A stretch of 62,125 bases of DNA, the filler included, from Sphacelaria rigidula (taxonomy: Eukaryota): assembly GCA_964200075.2 (NCBI GenBank). It is 11 parts of 11 records of this genome, joined end to end, with 100 filler letters (N's around TTAATTAATTAA, not from the genome) between each part and the next. Parts side by side here need not be neighbours in the genome. Positions count along the whole stretch, not along the records: positions 11,316 to 16,872 come from CAXNAA020026352.1; positions 16,973 to 22,529 come from CAXNAA020026353.1; positions 22,630 to 28,186 come from CAXNAA020026354.1; 8 more parts are not named here. One strand, written 5' to 3'. This document shows positions 12,868-25,142 of this stretch, piece by piece. The translations under genes and the position numbers were made by a program. Within the stretch, counting starts at the first letter, position 1, and each line of letters opens with the position of its first letter. Under the pieces are notes generated by a model. It saw nothing but the letters and a program-made list of their open reading frames with translations, was not told the DNA's origin and ran no database searches.

Positions 12868-15800
12868 ATGGAAGTCGGAGGCGGCGACGGTGAGTACGTG
12901 TCCCTCGATGTAGAAGCGTGGGAAGACTTCCTCGAAAGTCGTTTCAAGCGCCTTTCCGTCACCATTGACCCAGAGACCCTCGCCGCCGACCCCAAGGCGC
13001 CTCCGCGCGCCGCCGGCAAAGCAGATAACGGCATCGCTGGAAAAACTCAAGCAGAAACAACTGAACCAGAAGTATCAGAAATGAAATCCGATGTGAGTGC
13101 CCTTGCTGTCACCGGAAATTCGAAGGTGAACAGCGACACATCTCTACTTCCGGAGGAGTCGGTGGTGGCAAATCCTGCACAATCTTTCCCGGAAGACGGC
13201 GAAAAAAGTATGCCAGAAGGTGTTGGTGATGGTAGCACACCTGATGATAATACGAGGGATGGTGCCGTGGCCGGCGCTGCTACAGAAGCGGGGTTGTCTG
13301 AACCTGCAAATGCTGCGCAGACGGAGGAGAAGAAGCAGGCCGGGCCTAGCGTACAAGACGTGGCCGTTTCGGGAGCAAATGAGGCAACTGGTTGTAAAAA
13401 TGAGGATGTTGCCTGCAATGGTGGGGTTAGATTTGCAAGCGGAAGTGGTGGTGATGACAGCGATGTCGCCGGAGAACAGCACGACGTTGGAAGTGATGTT
13501 GCTGAGGTGTCCTCTGTTGACGGGGACATTGACGGAGACGTAGGAACCAATAGCCTCGGCGGGGACGTGACGGCATTGGGGGCCGGCGATGATCAAGCGA
13601 GGCCCGGTGATACGGGTCCGGCGACCAGCGGTGCTAGTGAGGAAGCGGACAAGGCGATAGCCACCGGTAGAAGCGAGACAGCCACAGCAGCGATACCAGA
13701 AGATGACACCGAAAGCATTGCCAGCAAGATGGAAGTGCTCAAGGGGAGACTGACGCGCATTGCGTCGACGTCAGGGGGGAATAGGCTCACGGCCTCAACC
13801 ACAGCAGGAGCCGGGGGCGTTGCGACGCCCGATCGTGCCGCTGAAGGCGGCGGCGGCGGTAGCGCGCAAAGTAAAGCGGCCGACCCTGCGAGGGCGACGA
13901 GCACAGTTTGTCGTGAAGGCGTTGATGGAGTAGGGGCGGGGGCTGGTTGGTCCCCTCAGGACGGGGATGGCTTGAGCGTGGAGGATGAAGATGAGGAGGA
14001 AGGTAGATCAAGGCATGAGACCCCGGAGGTGAAGGAGATGGATTCTGACGAGAACACGACAGCAGGTGCGGTGTTGCTGCTGATGCACAGCGACCTCCCG
14101 TAGCGTATGTTTGAGTGCGGTAAAACCAGACTTGGAGATCTGTCGCATAGGGCTTGCTCATGTTCTGCGCGGAATGCTTTGTATTTGTACCAAGGTTCTC
14201 ATTGGCAGCCGCGGCGTCATTTTCTTGCACTTGTACTCGGGTATCCACGCTCAGAACAGATATCCGCAATTATGTGTTTGCTTGGACCTTGAAGAAGTGG
14301 GTGAGAATACTCACCCTCACACTGATGCGCACGTGTGTACTGTAGTGGACCTGCGATAGTGGAGGTGAATTAGAATCGCTCCCTCTGTCGACTCACGCCC
14401 ATTCATCACTGGTCTCGTCAGATTTGTCGGCGCGATCAACGGGCACGAGCGGCGTGGGTAAGGAGGCGGGAAAGGTCGCGCGGCGACCATGTGTTGGATC
14501 GGTGCTGGTGTCAGTGAACGGCGTGCGGACGCAAGGCCTGTCCTTCGCCAATGTGGTGCGCCCTTGTCTTTTGTATGTACCGTGCTCTGTGTTTTTTCGT
14601 AATAGACTCACGTCTTTCACCATTTGTCTCCTTGTCTCGTTTCAACATCAGGTGCATCTATCTTGACGCCAGGTACACCTCCTGTTGCCTTCTGGCAGTA
14701 TGCTGTGTGAAGAATGGAGTTGACGTGCGATAGAAGGTTGGAGCCACATGTAGTGATGCTCCTCGCGCGTAAGCCGACCCCAATCTGATGCTGCAGTACT
14801 ACAAAACTCTATTTCCCATCTGGCGCGCTCCTTGATAAACATGCTGTCTCGGAGATACTGCGTGCTTTGAGCACCTGATATCATAAACCGGAAGGGTTGA
14901 AGATGTGGAATGATATTCAAAATTGAAGAATCGAATGAGTTCTTGCCGTGATACCTCACCCCCCCCGAGATATGTGGTATTTTCAAGGTGTTACTCTCTG
15001 ATACATGATCACGCACGCTTCATGGTGGCGAAACGTTGCCATTCCAGGTGCAACTGCTTAATACTCGGGAGCGACCGATCATTCTGGAGTACATCGACTG
15101 CTGGGACAACATCTTCCATCAGCACCACATGGAAACTCAGGTGACAGACGCGCTAGGTTGATGCACTCCACACCCTGGACAAGAGATTATAGTGTAGAAA
15201 AGATGTACTGCGTACAGTATGGAATATGTTGTCTGTTGCAATAGGCGCAATAGTCGATACTGTACGCAGTACACTTTTTGACGTGTGTATTCTTTTGTCC
15301 AGGGTGTGATGCACTCCTCTCAGCATTTTGATTGTGGTGCTGATGACGCTTGCTGGGATCAGACACGAGGATCAACTCCGCGAACTGTCACCCTAGAAGC
15401 TATATGCGACGTCAACACCCCCACGGCGTTGTCAATGATGTGGATTATGCTGTGCAGGCCAGAGAAAAGATATCGCGAGAAACTTTCGAGCAGAAGCTGC
15501 GACATCCCCTGGCTGCGAAGCTGCGCAAGAAGATAGAGGAGTGGATGTCTGCCTTTCGAGAGCAGAATCTGCGGGCCATGGTCGCGGAGATAAAGGTAAT
15601 GAATAGCGCAAAGCACCGCCCGGGTTGCTCACAAGAAAACATACAGGAGCCGTTGTAGAAATCCATCTTCCCGACATGAAGTTTTGGGCGTCTCGACGGT
15701 GGAATTTGTTCGACAAATACAACAGGAAGAGTAACACGGGATGAATTCCCTGTTTATTACTACAACAGGGGCTATGAGTATCTTGGCTTTTTCATACCTC

Positions 15801-16760
15801 GCCTTGTTGAAGTGTTCTGTGTCTCGGTCGTGTAGAACTCGTGGTTCGGAGTTCCGGCTCAAATTGTGTGGTACCCAGATCAGTGAGCCGCAAATTGCTG
15901 TTTTTCTCGTCTTTTCAGGGTAGCTGTTCTCTCATTCTCCCTCTTTTCCGCCTTACCGTTTCCCCCGGCTCACCCTCGTGCGTGTTTCTGTCTGTTCACC
16001 TCGGATACGTTGCTTTTTGTAACCACGGCTGCATTCGTGTGGGATCAGTTCGAGTGCGACAAGCAATTACACCCTGGATAATGACAGTATATTACGTTGG
16101 CAAAAATTGTGTCGGATATAGTATGGAATGAATGATCTATTGCAATAGACGCAAAAGCCCATACTGCACGCAGTGCACTTTTTGGCAATGTGATCTATTG
16201 TCCAGGGTGTGCGAATGATCAATAAATCACCAACCTATTGTTCACATGCTGTGCTTTTCACGTGTTGGAGATACGGTGCATTTAATCCAGAGGTCACAAT
16301 CGAAAGCGGTCTTCGTGGTTGAAAATGTATACGTGCGCAAAGGATATATCTGAAAAACATGACTCAAGGCAAAGCAATGTTTGGATTTGTGTGGATCAGC
16401 AGTGGAGAAGAGATGAGCACCAGCGTTGCTGAGTGGTGCTGTGTGCACGATTTGACGGAACGGTACCGTAATCGTGCGTCAAACCAAAACGTGTTTCAAA
16501 TTTGTCTTCGAAATATCATCATTAACCTGGCCCCTTTTGCTTTCGAGTGGCTGCAGGCCGAAGACGAAGACGAAGATCAGGCCGCCAAAGCAATGGGCCC
16601 AGCCGTCATGCTCTGGTCTCTTATCCGATGGCTGGAACAGGAGCTGCCTGATGTGGGTATTTTTAACAACAATCACAGAGCCGGTGGGGGTCTTCCTGTC
16701 ATGGGCGAGCTGCAGTGGAAGGATGTGAAACAACACCTCGAGAGGCATATCTTCGAGCAG
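12868..16760 (+). CDS. Spliced gene, 3'-partial: long acidic disordered N-terminus, PDZ-like segment and VPS9-associated helical bundle; probable Rab5-family GEF
   Basis: Exons 12868-14065, 14422-14555, 15048-15140, 15458-15595, 16557-16760; GT-AG introns, phases 1,0,0,0, no stops. PDZ-like GSVLVSVNGVRTQGLSFANV|VQLLNTRERPIILEY; FEQKLRHPLAAKLRKKIEEWMSAF and VKQHLERHIFEQ resemble the helical region upstream of VPS9 domains (Rabex-5/VPS9a). The catalytic VPS9 domain is not in the contig. Confidence 0.75.
15169..15308. mobile_element. Intronic MITE with 14-bp TIR and perfect 8-bp TSD
   Basis: ATGCACTC | CACACCCTGGACAA ... TTGTCCAGGGTGTG | ATGCACTC. Confidence 0.92.
16068..16211. mobile_element. 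Second, older copy of the same intronic MITE
   Basis: TACACCCTGGATAA ... TTGTCCAGGGTGTG; interior similar to 15169-15308; no recognisable TSD. Confidence 0.8.
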
Positions 16761-16782
16761 GTGTGCGGGTAGGGGGGGGAAG

Positions 16783-16872
16783 GGGGGGTATACTCATGAT
16801 CATGCATGCCATAGTCATAAGACCATTGGCCTCGCCTTAATTGGGAGGGCGGCCGGGAGGGGAAAGGGGTAG
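16783..16872 (+). repeat. Terminus of a repeat family that coincides with contig ends
   Basis: (G)n-TACTCATGATCATGCATGCCATAGTCAT..GACCATTG; related copies at ~50748-50813 (+), ~56570-56613 (-), ~22630-22717 (-). Confidence 0.7.
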
Positions 16873-16972
16873 NNNNNNNNNNNNNNNNNNNNNNNNNNNN
16901 NNNNNNNNNNNNNNNNTTAATTAATTAANNNNNNNNNNNNNNNNNNNNNNNNNNNNNNNNNNNNNNNNNNNN
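16873..16972. other. Artificial contig-joining spacer
   Basis: N44-TTAATTAATTAA-N44. Confidence 0.98.
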
Positions 16973-19900
16973 GGCCCAATTCGTTTCCGGTGATGAGATA
17001 TTGCTCTGCCAGGTTAAATCCGTTTCTGGGCTGGCCCAGCTCGTACACTGTAGAGAAAGTAACGTCACACAAACAGATAATGCGCCTACGCTCAAACATA
17101 TGGCGGGGCACCGTCAGCGCCACGTCCACGGTGACGTCACGCGTTACATGACACGTTACAACGCCTTGAACACTGATGAATGAGCCGCGGCATGCACATA
17201 ATGAAACGATACATTCGAACGTTACACGTGTCAACGGAACTTTATGTTAGACGTTACACGTTCCATATAACGTTTTATATCACGTCACATGTACCGAAAC
17301 GTAACGTTGGTTTTGTTCTCACGTGCCACACGAACGTAACTTGAACGTCAAATTTTACGAACCTGATGAAGGTAACGTGAGCGTAACGTGTGGATCCCTG
17401 AAACATTTCGAGTGCACGCAGAGAGCTTATTTTCATAAGTTGAGGGCAATAATCAGTTTTCAGGAGTAAGTAAAATTCCCTTGACACATAGAAAACAATC
17501 TTCGGATGCACTCGTAATTTGTTTCCATTGTGCCCTACGTATTCATTGTCCATACCAAATTTTGAGGCTGATTGATTTTTTTATTGTAGCACTTTAACTG
17601 ACCCCCCAGGGGTCTGGCCGTGGTCTCGTGATGGGCGTACTCAAGAAAAACGGAATTCAAGCACGCTCTAAGGAAAAGAAAAAAAAAGGAACAGAAAAAA
17701 AGAGGGGTCGAACAGAACGACATAGCAGACTAATTCATGACAAAAGAAGTGAGAGAAATTCAACACAATCAAAGCGCAGAAAGAAATGGCCGACCTAAAG
17801 CAAGAAAGAGGAAAACAAGAGGAAAGTACATATTAAATAAAAAAATACAATGGAACGATGGAGAAAAAAAAGTCGAACTCTAAATATTGGCCGGCGAATG
17901 GGCCTGCAAATGACAAAATCGCCTCTAGGCTGGCCCAGCTCCTGTGAAATATCTCAACTCAAACCAGCTATCTTTTTGTTGATTTGAATGATTCTTGTGC
18001 GGATTTTATTTGGGATTTCTGATGAAGACGTGTGCTACTCAAGCCTTGCCTGCCGCAGAGAGCTCAAGAAGATTGCACCGTCGGGTATTTGTTGTCCGCG
18101 CCTGGTCTGGGCTTCATTTCCCTTCGTTAGCTTGCCTAGACAGTAGCGGCGGGGGAGCTCAAAGAAGATGTGCAGTCCATCGACCATATTTTCATGAGCA
18201 CCCAGTCATGAAGCAAGCGTGCGGTAGGGATCGCACACGCAAGAGAGATACCTGATTGCATTGGCTGTCTGATTTCACGTATGTAGAGTACTTGGGTATC
18301 TCCGTTGTTGCAACTCAATAAAATTCGTCTGATGCGGTACCGACTGCATCTTTACCGCAAGCTTTTCCTGCCCTGGCCAGCCAGTGGGCACCGTGTGGGT
18401 ACTGTCTGTACGACACCGGTCAACACGAGTCATCCACAACAGTAAGACAGTACGACAGCCAGCACAAGTGAACCAGCAGTTTTGATGCAAGTACAGTCCT
18501 TTCCTCGAAGTATCCTCCGTCCGAGCAGCATGGACAACACACAACGATAACAGTACTAGATTATCTCGTGCCCCATATCCAAAGCCGTGCAGGATGCAGC
18601 AGCAAGCTAAGCGCAAAATGGAGACTGCGATGCCAACCCTAACCACCGCAATCACACCGCAGCCACGGCGACGCTCAAAGCGAACATTGGGCCCACCAAT
18701 CCGTATAATAGACAGAGCACCGCTTGTGAGGCCATTGTTGTCCTAGGATCATGGCACCCCTGCGCGGTACTGTACTGCGGCTGCGGGCCTCAGAAGACTG
18801 GCAAAACCTTGTGTGACGGAGTGCACACCAAAATCAACCTTATACTACGACATGTACTATGGAACGTAGTGGGTCTGAGCACCAAACCAAATGAACTTAC
18901 TCAATATTAGTCCTTGTACTGTGAAATTAAACCCGTACCTATGAAAGCACTGCCGAATGCTTCCTCCAAACATTTTCCCCGCTAAGGTAGTGGGGTATGG
19001 CGCCCCTTTTTTACAAGGGCATACCCTCGTCCAGCGCCCTTTTTCGAGAGGAAGAAGCAGAGTCCCGTTTGTAAATCTCTTCGCATAGATCCTGAATATC
19101 TGTCTACTGTACTAGCAATGAGTCTGTTACCTGCTGCACCGTACCTGACCACAGAATGCACTGCTGTCATAGTGATTGTCCAGCGGCAGCAGAGTGTCAA
19201 ACGGAACCAAGTGCTTGAGACTAATCGCGACAAGGCGTAGGAATTGTTTTGGGGGATGAAAGCGGGAGTGGGAGAAACCAGAGTCCTTTCACCTCTCTCC
19301 CTTACAAGACAAGAGGCACGCAACAGAAAGTATCGCATGGCAGACGGGCTTTGCTCGAAGATCACAAGCGGTATATCTTGCCCGTGAATCCGATTTTCAC
19401 ATCAGACGTCGATTGTTTCAAGGGTCAAGATGTTGGAGTGATAATCGCGATAGCCCCCTCCCAAATCAGCCTCAAACATTTTCTCGAAAAAAGCAGCAAT
19501 ACAGCACACGATGATGTTTTTCAGACTTCATGAAGCCCATCATGTGGGCGACATCAGCGGGAATGTTCCTAATCATGGAAGTTCCCTGCTGTTCGGTGTG
19601 CTCGGCTTTGTCATTCTGATTTACATGTAGGTTTTGCCTCCACAAGCCAGCAATTTCTTCGGAGGGGGCTAAGGGGGCAGCACTCCTTGATTCGTCCCAT
19701 ATTCAACTTTTTCATACACCAGTCTTACGATATACATGAGAAAATCGTGATTCGTAAATGTTTTGGGCTCGCGATTGGTGCGACCCTACGTGAAACGTAC
19801 TTGATGTCCGCCTATCGTCCATGCAGTATACCGTATAAGGTACATCCTTCCCATTTGCAAATTACATGGTGTGGATCATAAGGCGATGTTTCCGGACCGG

Positions 19901-21914
19901 AGGTGCACGGTCCCCAACCTGTGATTTATAGGGCATAAATACTTGCCCACCTTCTTTCGAGCGGCATGGGTGGCACGTACATGTTTCGCAGCTGTCGTGC
20001 GGCATGAATCAAGCGCACGTATTTCCCTCCTTTCATTCATACGCATCGATCAAGCTGACCTATTTTCTATCGATCATTCGTGGGAAAGGAAACAAATGCA
20101 CATTATCCCGCCTCCCATGTCATGCTCCAAGACCCTTCAGTCTGGTGCATATCTCGCAGCTGATTGCCGTTCATGATTTAACAACTCTGTTGCCCATTAT
20201 CCCCACCCTGGTGCACCCTCAAAACTATGTGCACGCTTGGATTACTAAAAATACGGCTAGTCACGATTTGAGGTATGCCATCGCACACTTGCCTACCTGT
20301 CGAGCACCCCTTGCCCGAGTGCTTGATATGCCTACGACTGAGGCTGTGGTTGTTGCCTTGCTCGAAGATCGTCCTGCCAGAGTAGTAGATCGCTGTAGGA
20401 TGCAGTGTGCTGCTGTACTGCCTGTAAAGGTACATCTTCCGAATCCACGCGACAGGCACCTATGTGAGGTCTAGCAGCGCACACTCGCCTAGAGCAACGC
20501 TTGTCCAAGTTGTCGGTATGCCTTGGGTCGGGGTTTGGGGTAGCGTTAGCGTTGTTGTCATTGCCTTGCACGGAAATTGTCTTGCTGTGAGTGCCAGATC
20601 GGCTGTTTGATGCAGGCTGAGATGTATTGCTGTACGGTACAGTACAGTATTATATGCAGAGCCCCTACAAGAGCAAGCACAGACACTGCGTCTAAAACGT
20701 GTCAGCGGTTCAGGGTGTTATGCGGCAATGTCCCGTGTTTTCCCCCGTTGTCCAAGAGTGCTCACAAGTGGAGGTGCACCAGGGCGCACATGTAAATTTT
20801 CCCCCTCATTTCGTACGGCACGACTCTTGCGCATTGTGAATTTCCTTTAAGAATGAGGCCTCGTTCTCGCTTCCCAGCAGTGATTTTATGTGGCATGCAT
20901 CAAACGTATATCTTTCTCACCCACCGTTCATTCGGCATGAATCGTACGTACATGTTTCCCACCTACCACTCATACTGCATGGATGAAGCTTTTACGTCTC
21001 CCAGCTGTCGTGTATAGGGTATAGATCATACGTATATGTTTCTCACCTGCTTGTACAGCTTCAATGACACGTAGATCCTTCTCATCTGTCATCCATACGG
21101 CATGAAGAAAAACCGTGTATATTTTCTCTCTCATGATTCGTGCGGGAAGAATCAGGTTTGACATTTTCCCCACCAGTGATTCGTTCAACAAACAGTGATT
21201 TGTGTATCTTTTGGAATATTTGTTCGTGTGATACTGTTCGAAGCGTACGGTACACAAGGCGATTCGTGGTTCGTGTGGTACTACGTCCAAATATACCATT
21301 TTGTCGTCTGTAATTCATACGCGATGACTCTTTGGTACGTGAATCACACTCAACGTTGACAAAGATTCAACCTCTACGAACTCTGATTCGTTCAATCTCT
21401 GGATCATTGTTGCCGTTGGAGTTGAAGACATACACCGCAGTAGTGCATTTTTGTGTGTGTGTGTGTGTGTACCCAGCGGTCTCAGCGTGGGAGCACTGAC
21501 TGCATTGCATCGCTGTGTAGTCCTTGTTGTCGCACACTAATATAGACTATTGCTGTAGTTCATTCAATTCGTTCGAGACGCCATTGCACGAACTGTCCGC
21601 GGAAGGAGCAGGCATTCGGACAGATCGACAAAATAGTTGACGATGAGAAACCTGGATTTCAGTGTGAAGCGTCGTATTTGGATCTTTGGTGAGGCTGACA
21701 GTCCTATGTACTCCTATTAATAGCGCGCACATCGCCTGCTTTTGCTCCAGTCGGCGCCGCAACGTAAACGATGTCCAGGGTATCCTCTTTATCTCCCTTG
21801 CCCGAGGCTCCTCGGTATGCTTCCGGTTGGATTAAGGGGTAGTGTTGGTGCGGGTGGACCACCATATTCACACACGTGTTGAAATCTGATGAATCTGTGC
21901 GAACGAGTGACAAA

Positions 21915-21990
21915 TCATAGTCATGATCATAATCATAATCATGACCATAATCATATTCATGATCATTATCATTATCATTATAATATATAC
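21915..21990. repeat. Degenerate (ATCATN)n microsatellite
   Basis: atcatagtcatgatcataatcataatcatgaccataatcat... Confidence 0.8.
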
Positions 21991-22529
21991 ATGAATCATT
22001 TCCCATTTTTCACCACTTTTGCGGAGTTTTCTCTGGCGGCAAGGCATTTTCCCCCGCGCTTTCTTTTGCAGCGCACTTAAAAGGCTCAGCGGCACATTGC
22101 CGTTCAGGTTTGGGTGTCATCTGGTACCTGTGGCGCGTGTTCTGGCCACCGAAGGTCGCTCAAACTGGCTTTTTTTCGCGGGGTGTCGATCACGAACCAC
22201 AAAAGCCTTTTCGAGGTCATGGAAAACTTGGCACTAGAACCCGAACCACCAAAAAGCCTTTTGAAGATCATTGAAATCTTCGAACAGGATTACTTTTTGG
22301 CACAACGCCCATACATTGGGATACATTTTTCTGGTGCAGTGTGAAAATCAACCAATCAGAGGCCCTCCAGTGAGAAATCGGCGGAATCTAGCACAAATGA
22401 AATGCGACCTTCGTCGTGAATCGTGGTGTGAAAAATGCACACGTCGGACGAGTCATCGCTCGTCGAGACGAGTGCACTCGTGGATGTTTTTCGAAAACAC
22501 AACGAGCAATGACTCGTGCGCTCGAGTCA

Positions 22530-22629
22530 NNNNNNNNNNNNNNNNNNNNNNNNNNNNNNNNNNNNNNNNNNNNTTAATTAATTAANNNNNNNNNNNNNNN
22601 NNNNNNNNNNNNNNNNNNNNNNNNNNNNN
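22530..22629. other. Artificial contig-joining spacer
   Basis: N44-TTAATTAATTAA-N44. Confidence 0.98.
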
Positions 22630-24013
22630 AAAAAACGGCGTGCTCCGGCCCGGCTTTGTAGGGATACCATGCCTACGGCATGTAGTACCATGAGTACTAC
22701 ACCCCCCCCCCCCCCCCTCGAAGGCTCTCGATCATGAGAGAAAGCGCAAAAAGTTCGGCAGAAAGCCTCCAAGCACAGTACTTACTATCGTCGCTATCTA
22801 TGATGTTGGGAGTACCCCCCTTCGAAACGGATGTTCCCCTCTCCCTCTTCAAATCCTCGCCACAAGGAACTTTTTCTAAAATCGACGGGGTGGGTACTGG
22901 CCTGCAGTTTGTAGAGCCCCTTGGTATAGCTCTTACTATCGTATCTAAGAGTGTGCCTTCCCAAACGGGTGTAACCCCCCACCCTTAGGCCTCGTCCTTG
23001 ATGGACTTCCCCTAACATTGAGGCAGTGGATGGTACTGGTCTGTAGTTGGCAGGGCCCCATGGTAGAACACTTATCGTCGCCATTTCTACGGAATTTCGG
23101 GGGTACTGCCTCAAAACGGGTGTCATCCTCCCCCGCCCCATTCCCTTGGGCCTGGCTCATAATAATGTTTTCTGAAATCAAGAGAGTAGCCGCTTACTTG
23201 CAGCTGGTAGGGCCGCTTGCAAAAAACACTGTCCAGAAACAACGGATGTCTCACAACAATATATAAATGTTGGAGTTAGCACTACACGGCACAAGAAAAA
23301 ACTTTCGTAGGACAGCTTTTAATTTCAGGGAAATGCGTGAGAACGTCCATACCCATGGTCTCGACTCCCGCTGTACATTGCACGCCCACCTCCCGCTCGA
23401 GCATATAGCTCCAATATTTGGGAGAAGCACACAACAAAACGCGGATACTCCACGTATGAAAAAACCGGAAAGTGCGGAGTTGAGGATTCGAATCCCAGCA
23501 GATGCGTTTTTATTCCCAGCAGTATCTGACCTCCGCCGTCGATGACGAGGTGAGGGCAGGAGTAGAGAAGGACATCTGGTCACAGTCGACGCGGCGTGGC
23601 AGTGCAAGTTCAATCGACGGCAGGAAGCAACATTTCAGTCAGCTACTGGGGAGAAATAGATTGATCCCTTGAGACTAGACTCATCCCGAGGAAGGGTACG
23701 ACGACTTCTTCCACTCCCTCCCCCTTTCCCCCCCTCTCCCCCCGAAGGATCCCACTCCTGCAAAATAGGGCGGAGATGCAGGAAACATGGAACGAACAAT
23801 TCCCCACCCCCAATCTATCGGATTTCAACTGCAGGGGCCTGTGCGTCTTGGAAGTTGGAATGCGGGCATCCCTATGCCTCCTACTATGGCTCTAACAAGC
23901 ATTCGTATATACCTGTACAGTAGGGAGACAACACTGTCAGAAAGGCGCAGCCATTATGAACCTTGGTCGGGCTACAAGCTGGTTCAGATTGAAGGCTCAA
24001 AATGTACTCCCCA

Positions 24014-24282
24014 GCGATTTCTCACGCAGATTTTTCGAGTTAGACCCTGAAATGTTGCACACGTGTACCATGGGATATAACAAAGATAACTATAAATGTT
24101 TTCTTTTGCCGGACATCTGGGGTTCCGAGGCTCCCGGGGTTCATGCCGCTTCCTGGGACCCCAGATATCTATCGAACAAATGAATGGATAAAAAATATAC
24201 TCATAAAAAGTTTTGCAATATCCCATGGTATACGTGTGCGAAATTTCAGGGACTAGCTCGAAAAACCCGCATGAGAAATCGC
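24014..24282. mobile_element. Foldback/MITE-like element with ~70-bp imperfect inverted repeats
   Basis: GCGATTTCTCACGCAGATTTTTCGAGTTAGACCCTGAAAT...GTACCATGGGATAT pairs with ATATCCCATGGTATAC...ATTTCAGGGACTAGCTCGAAAAACCCGCATGAGAAATCGC. Confidence 0.75.
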
Positions 24283-25108
24283 GCGCGCGTTAAAGTGTAC
24301 GTATGCGTGCGGCATTCTCTAATTACTTGATTATAGTATGCTACTGACCTTTTCCTTGTGCGTTCAAGTTTGCGTCGACCGTGTGGGATCCAATTTTTGA
24401 GTTACGCAACGAAACTTTGTGCCAACGTTCCTTGGACTATCTCGGGACGAGAAAAAGTGCTTGTTTTACTTCGAGGCATTCCGCACCGGCTGCTGGAGGG
24501 TCTTCACGCCGGGACCCCGGAAGTCGGCAGAGAGGGGGTAGACTCTGAATATTTCTTCAACGTGTTGTTCTCGTCTGGAGCCCCCATATCTGCGAGCCTG
24601 CCAAGTTTGAGGAAAACCGAGGCTTTCTGGGCCTTTAATTTATCACCCGTGGAGAACCGACGACGCCAAAACCCCACATCACCGACATACCACGGTTTGG
24701 GGTATAACTCGATCTCGTAAAACCGTTTCAAAGTCTGTTTTCCCACTAAAGATTCTTCAGCTGATATCAGTTACTGAGGTTTGATTGATGATGACATTGG
24801 GTAGAAGTTGTGCGAGGGATTCGTGTATTTCATTTCAGAACAATTTGAAAGCCCGTGATTGGCTGAGAAACATTTCTCTACTAGGGCCACAGCGAAGACC
24901 GCACGTGGGAAAAAATGGCTGACACACAGTTCGCTTGCTCATGGGGGTCACCATGCTACTAAATGCATTTCTACCGGATCAATTTCGAGTTCTGTGTATG
25001 GTGGGAAACAATTCTGGGCGTTCACCCTGAACCACCCTCTAGCGCTTAACCCTGTAGAGGTCACTTTCTCCTTGCACGGTGCTGTAGTAGTACTACTACT
25101 GTTGTTAC

Positions 25109-25109
<1 letters not shown>

Positions 25110-25140
<31 letters not shown>
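25110..25140. repeat. (TA)n microsatellite
   Basis: ~15 TA units. Confidence 0.95.

Positions 25141-25142
<2 letters not shown>

Noticed and set aside
13047..14269. Antisense ORFs over the large exon (likewise those opposite the LINE and mariner ORFs)
   Set aside because: Shadow ORFs caused by GC-rich codon bias of the sense-strand coding sequence.
21650..21830. Possible minus-strand exon (HTEEPRAREIKRIPW...HTEIQ|GT)
   Set aside because: Open and followed by a GT, but the acceptor is weak, there is no recognisable domain and no confidently linked exons.
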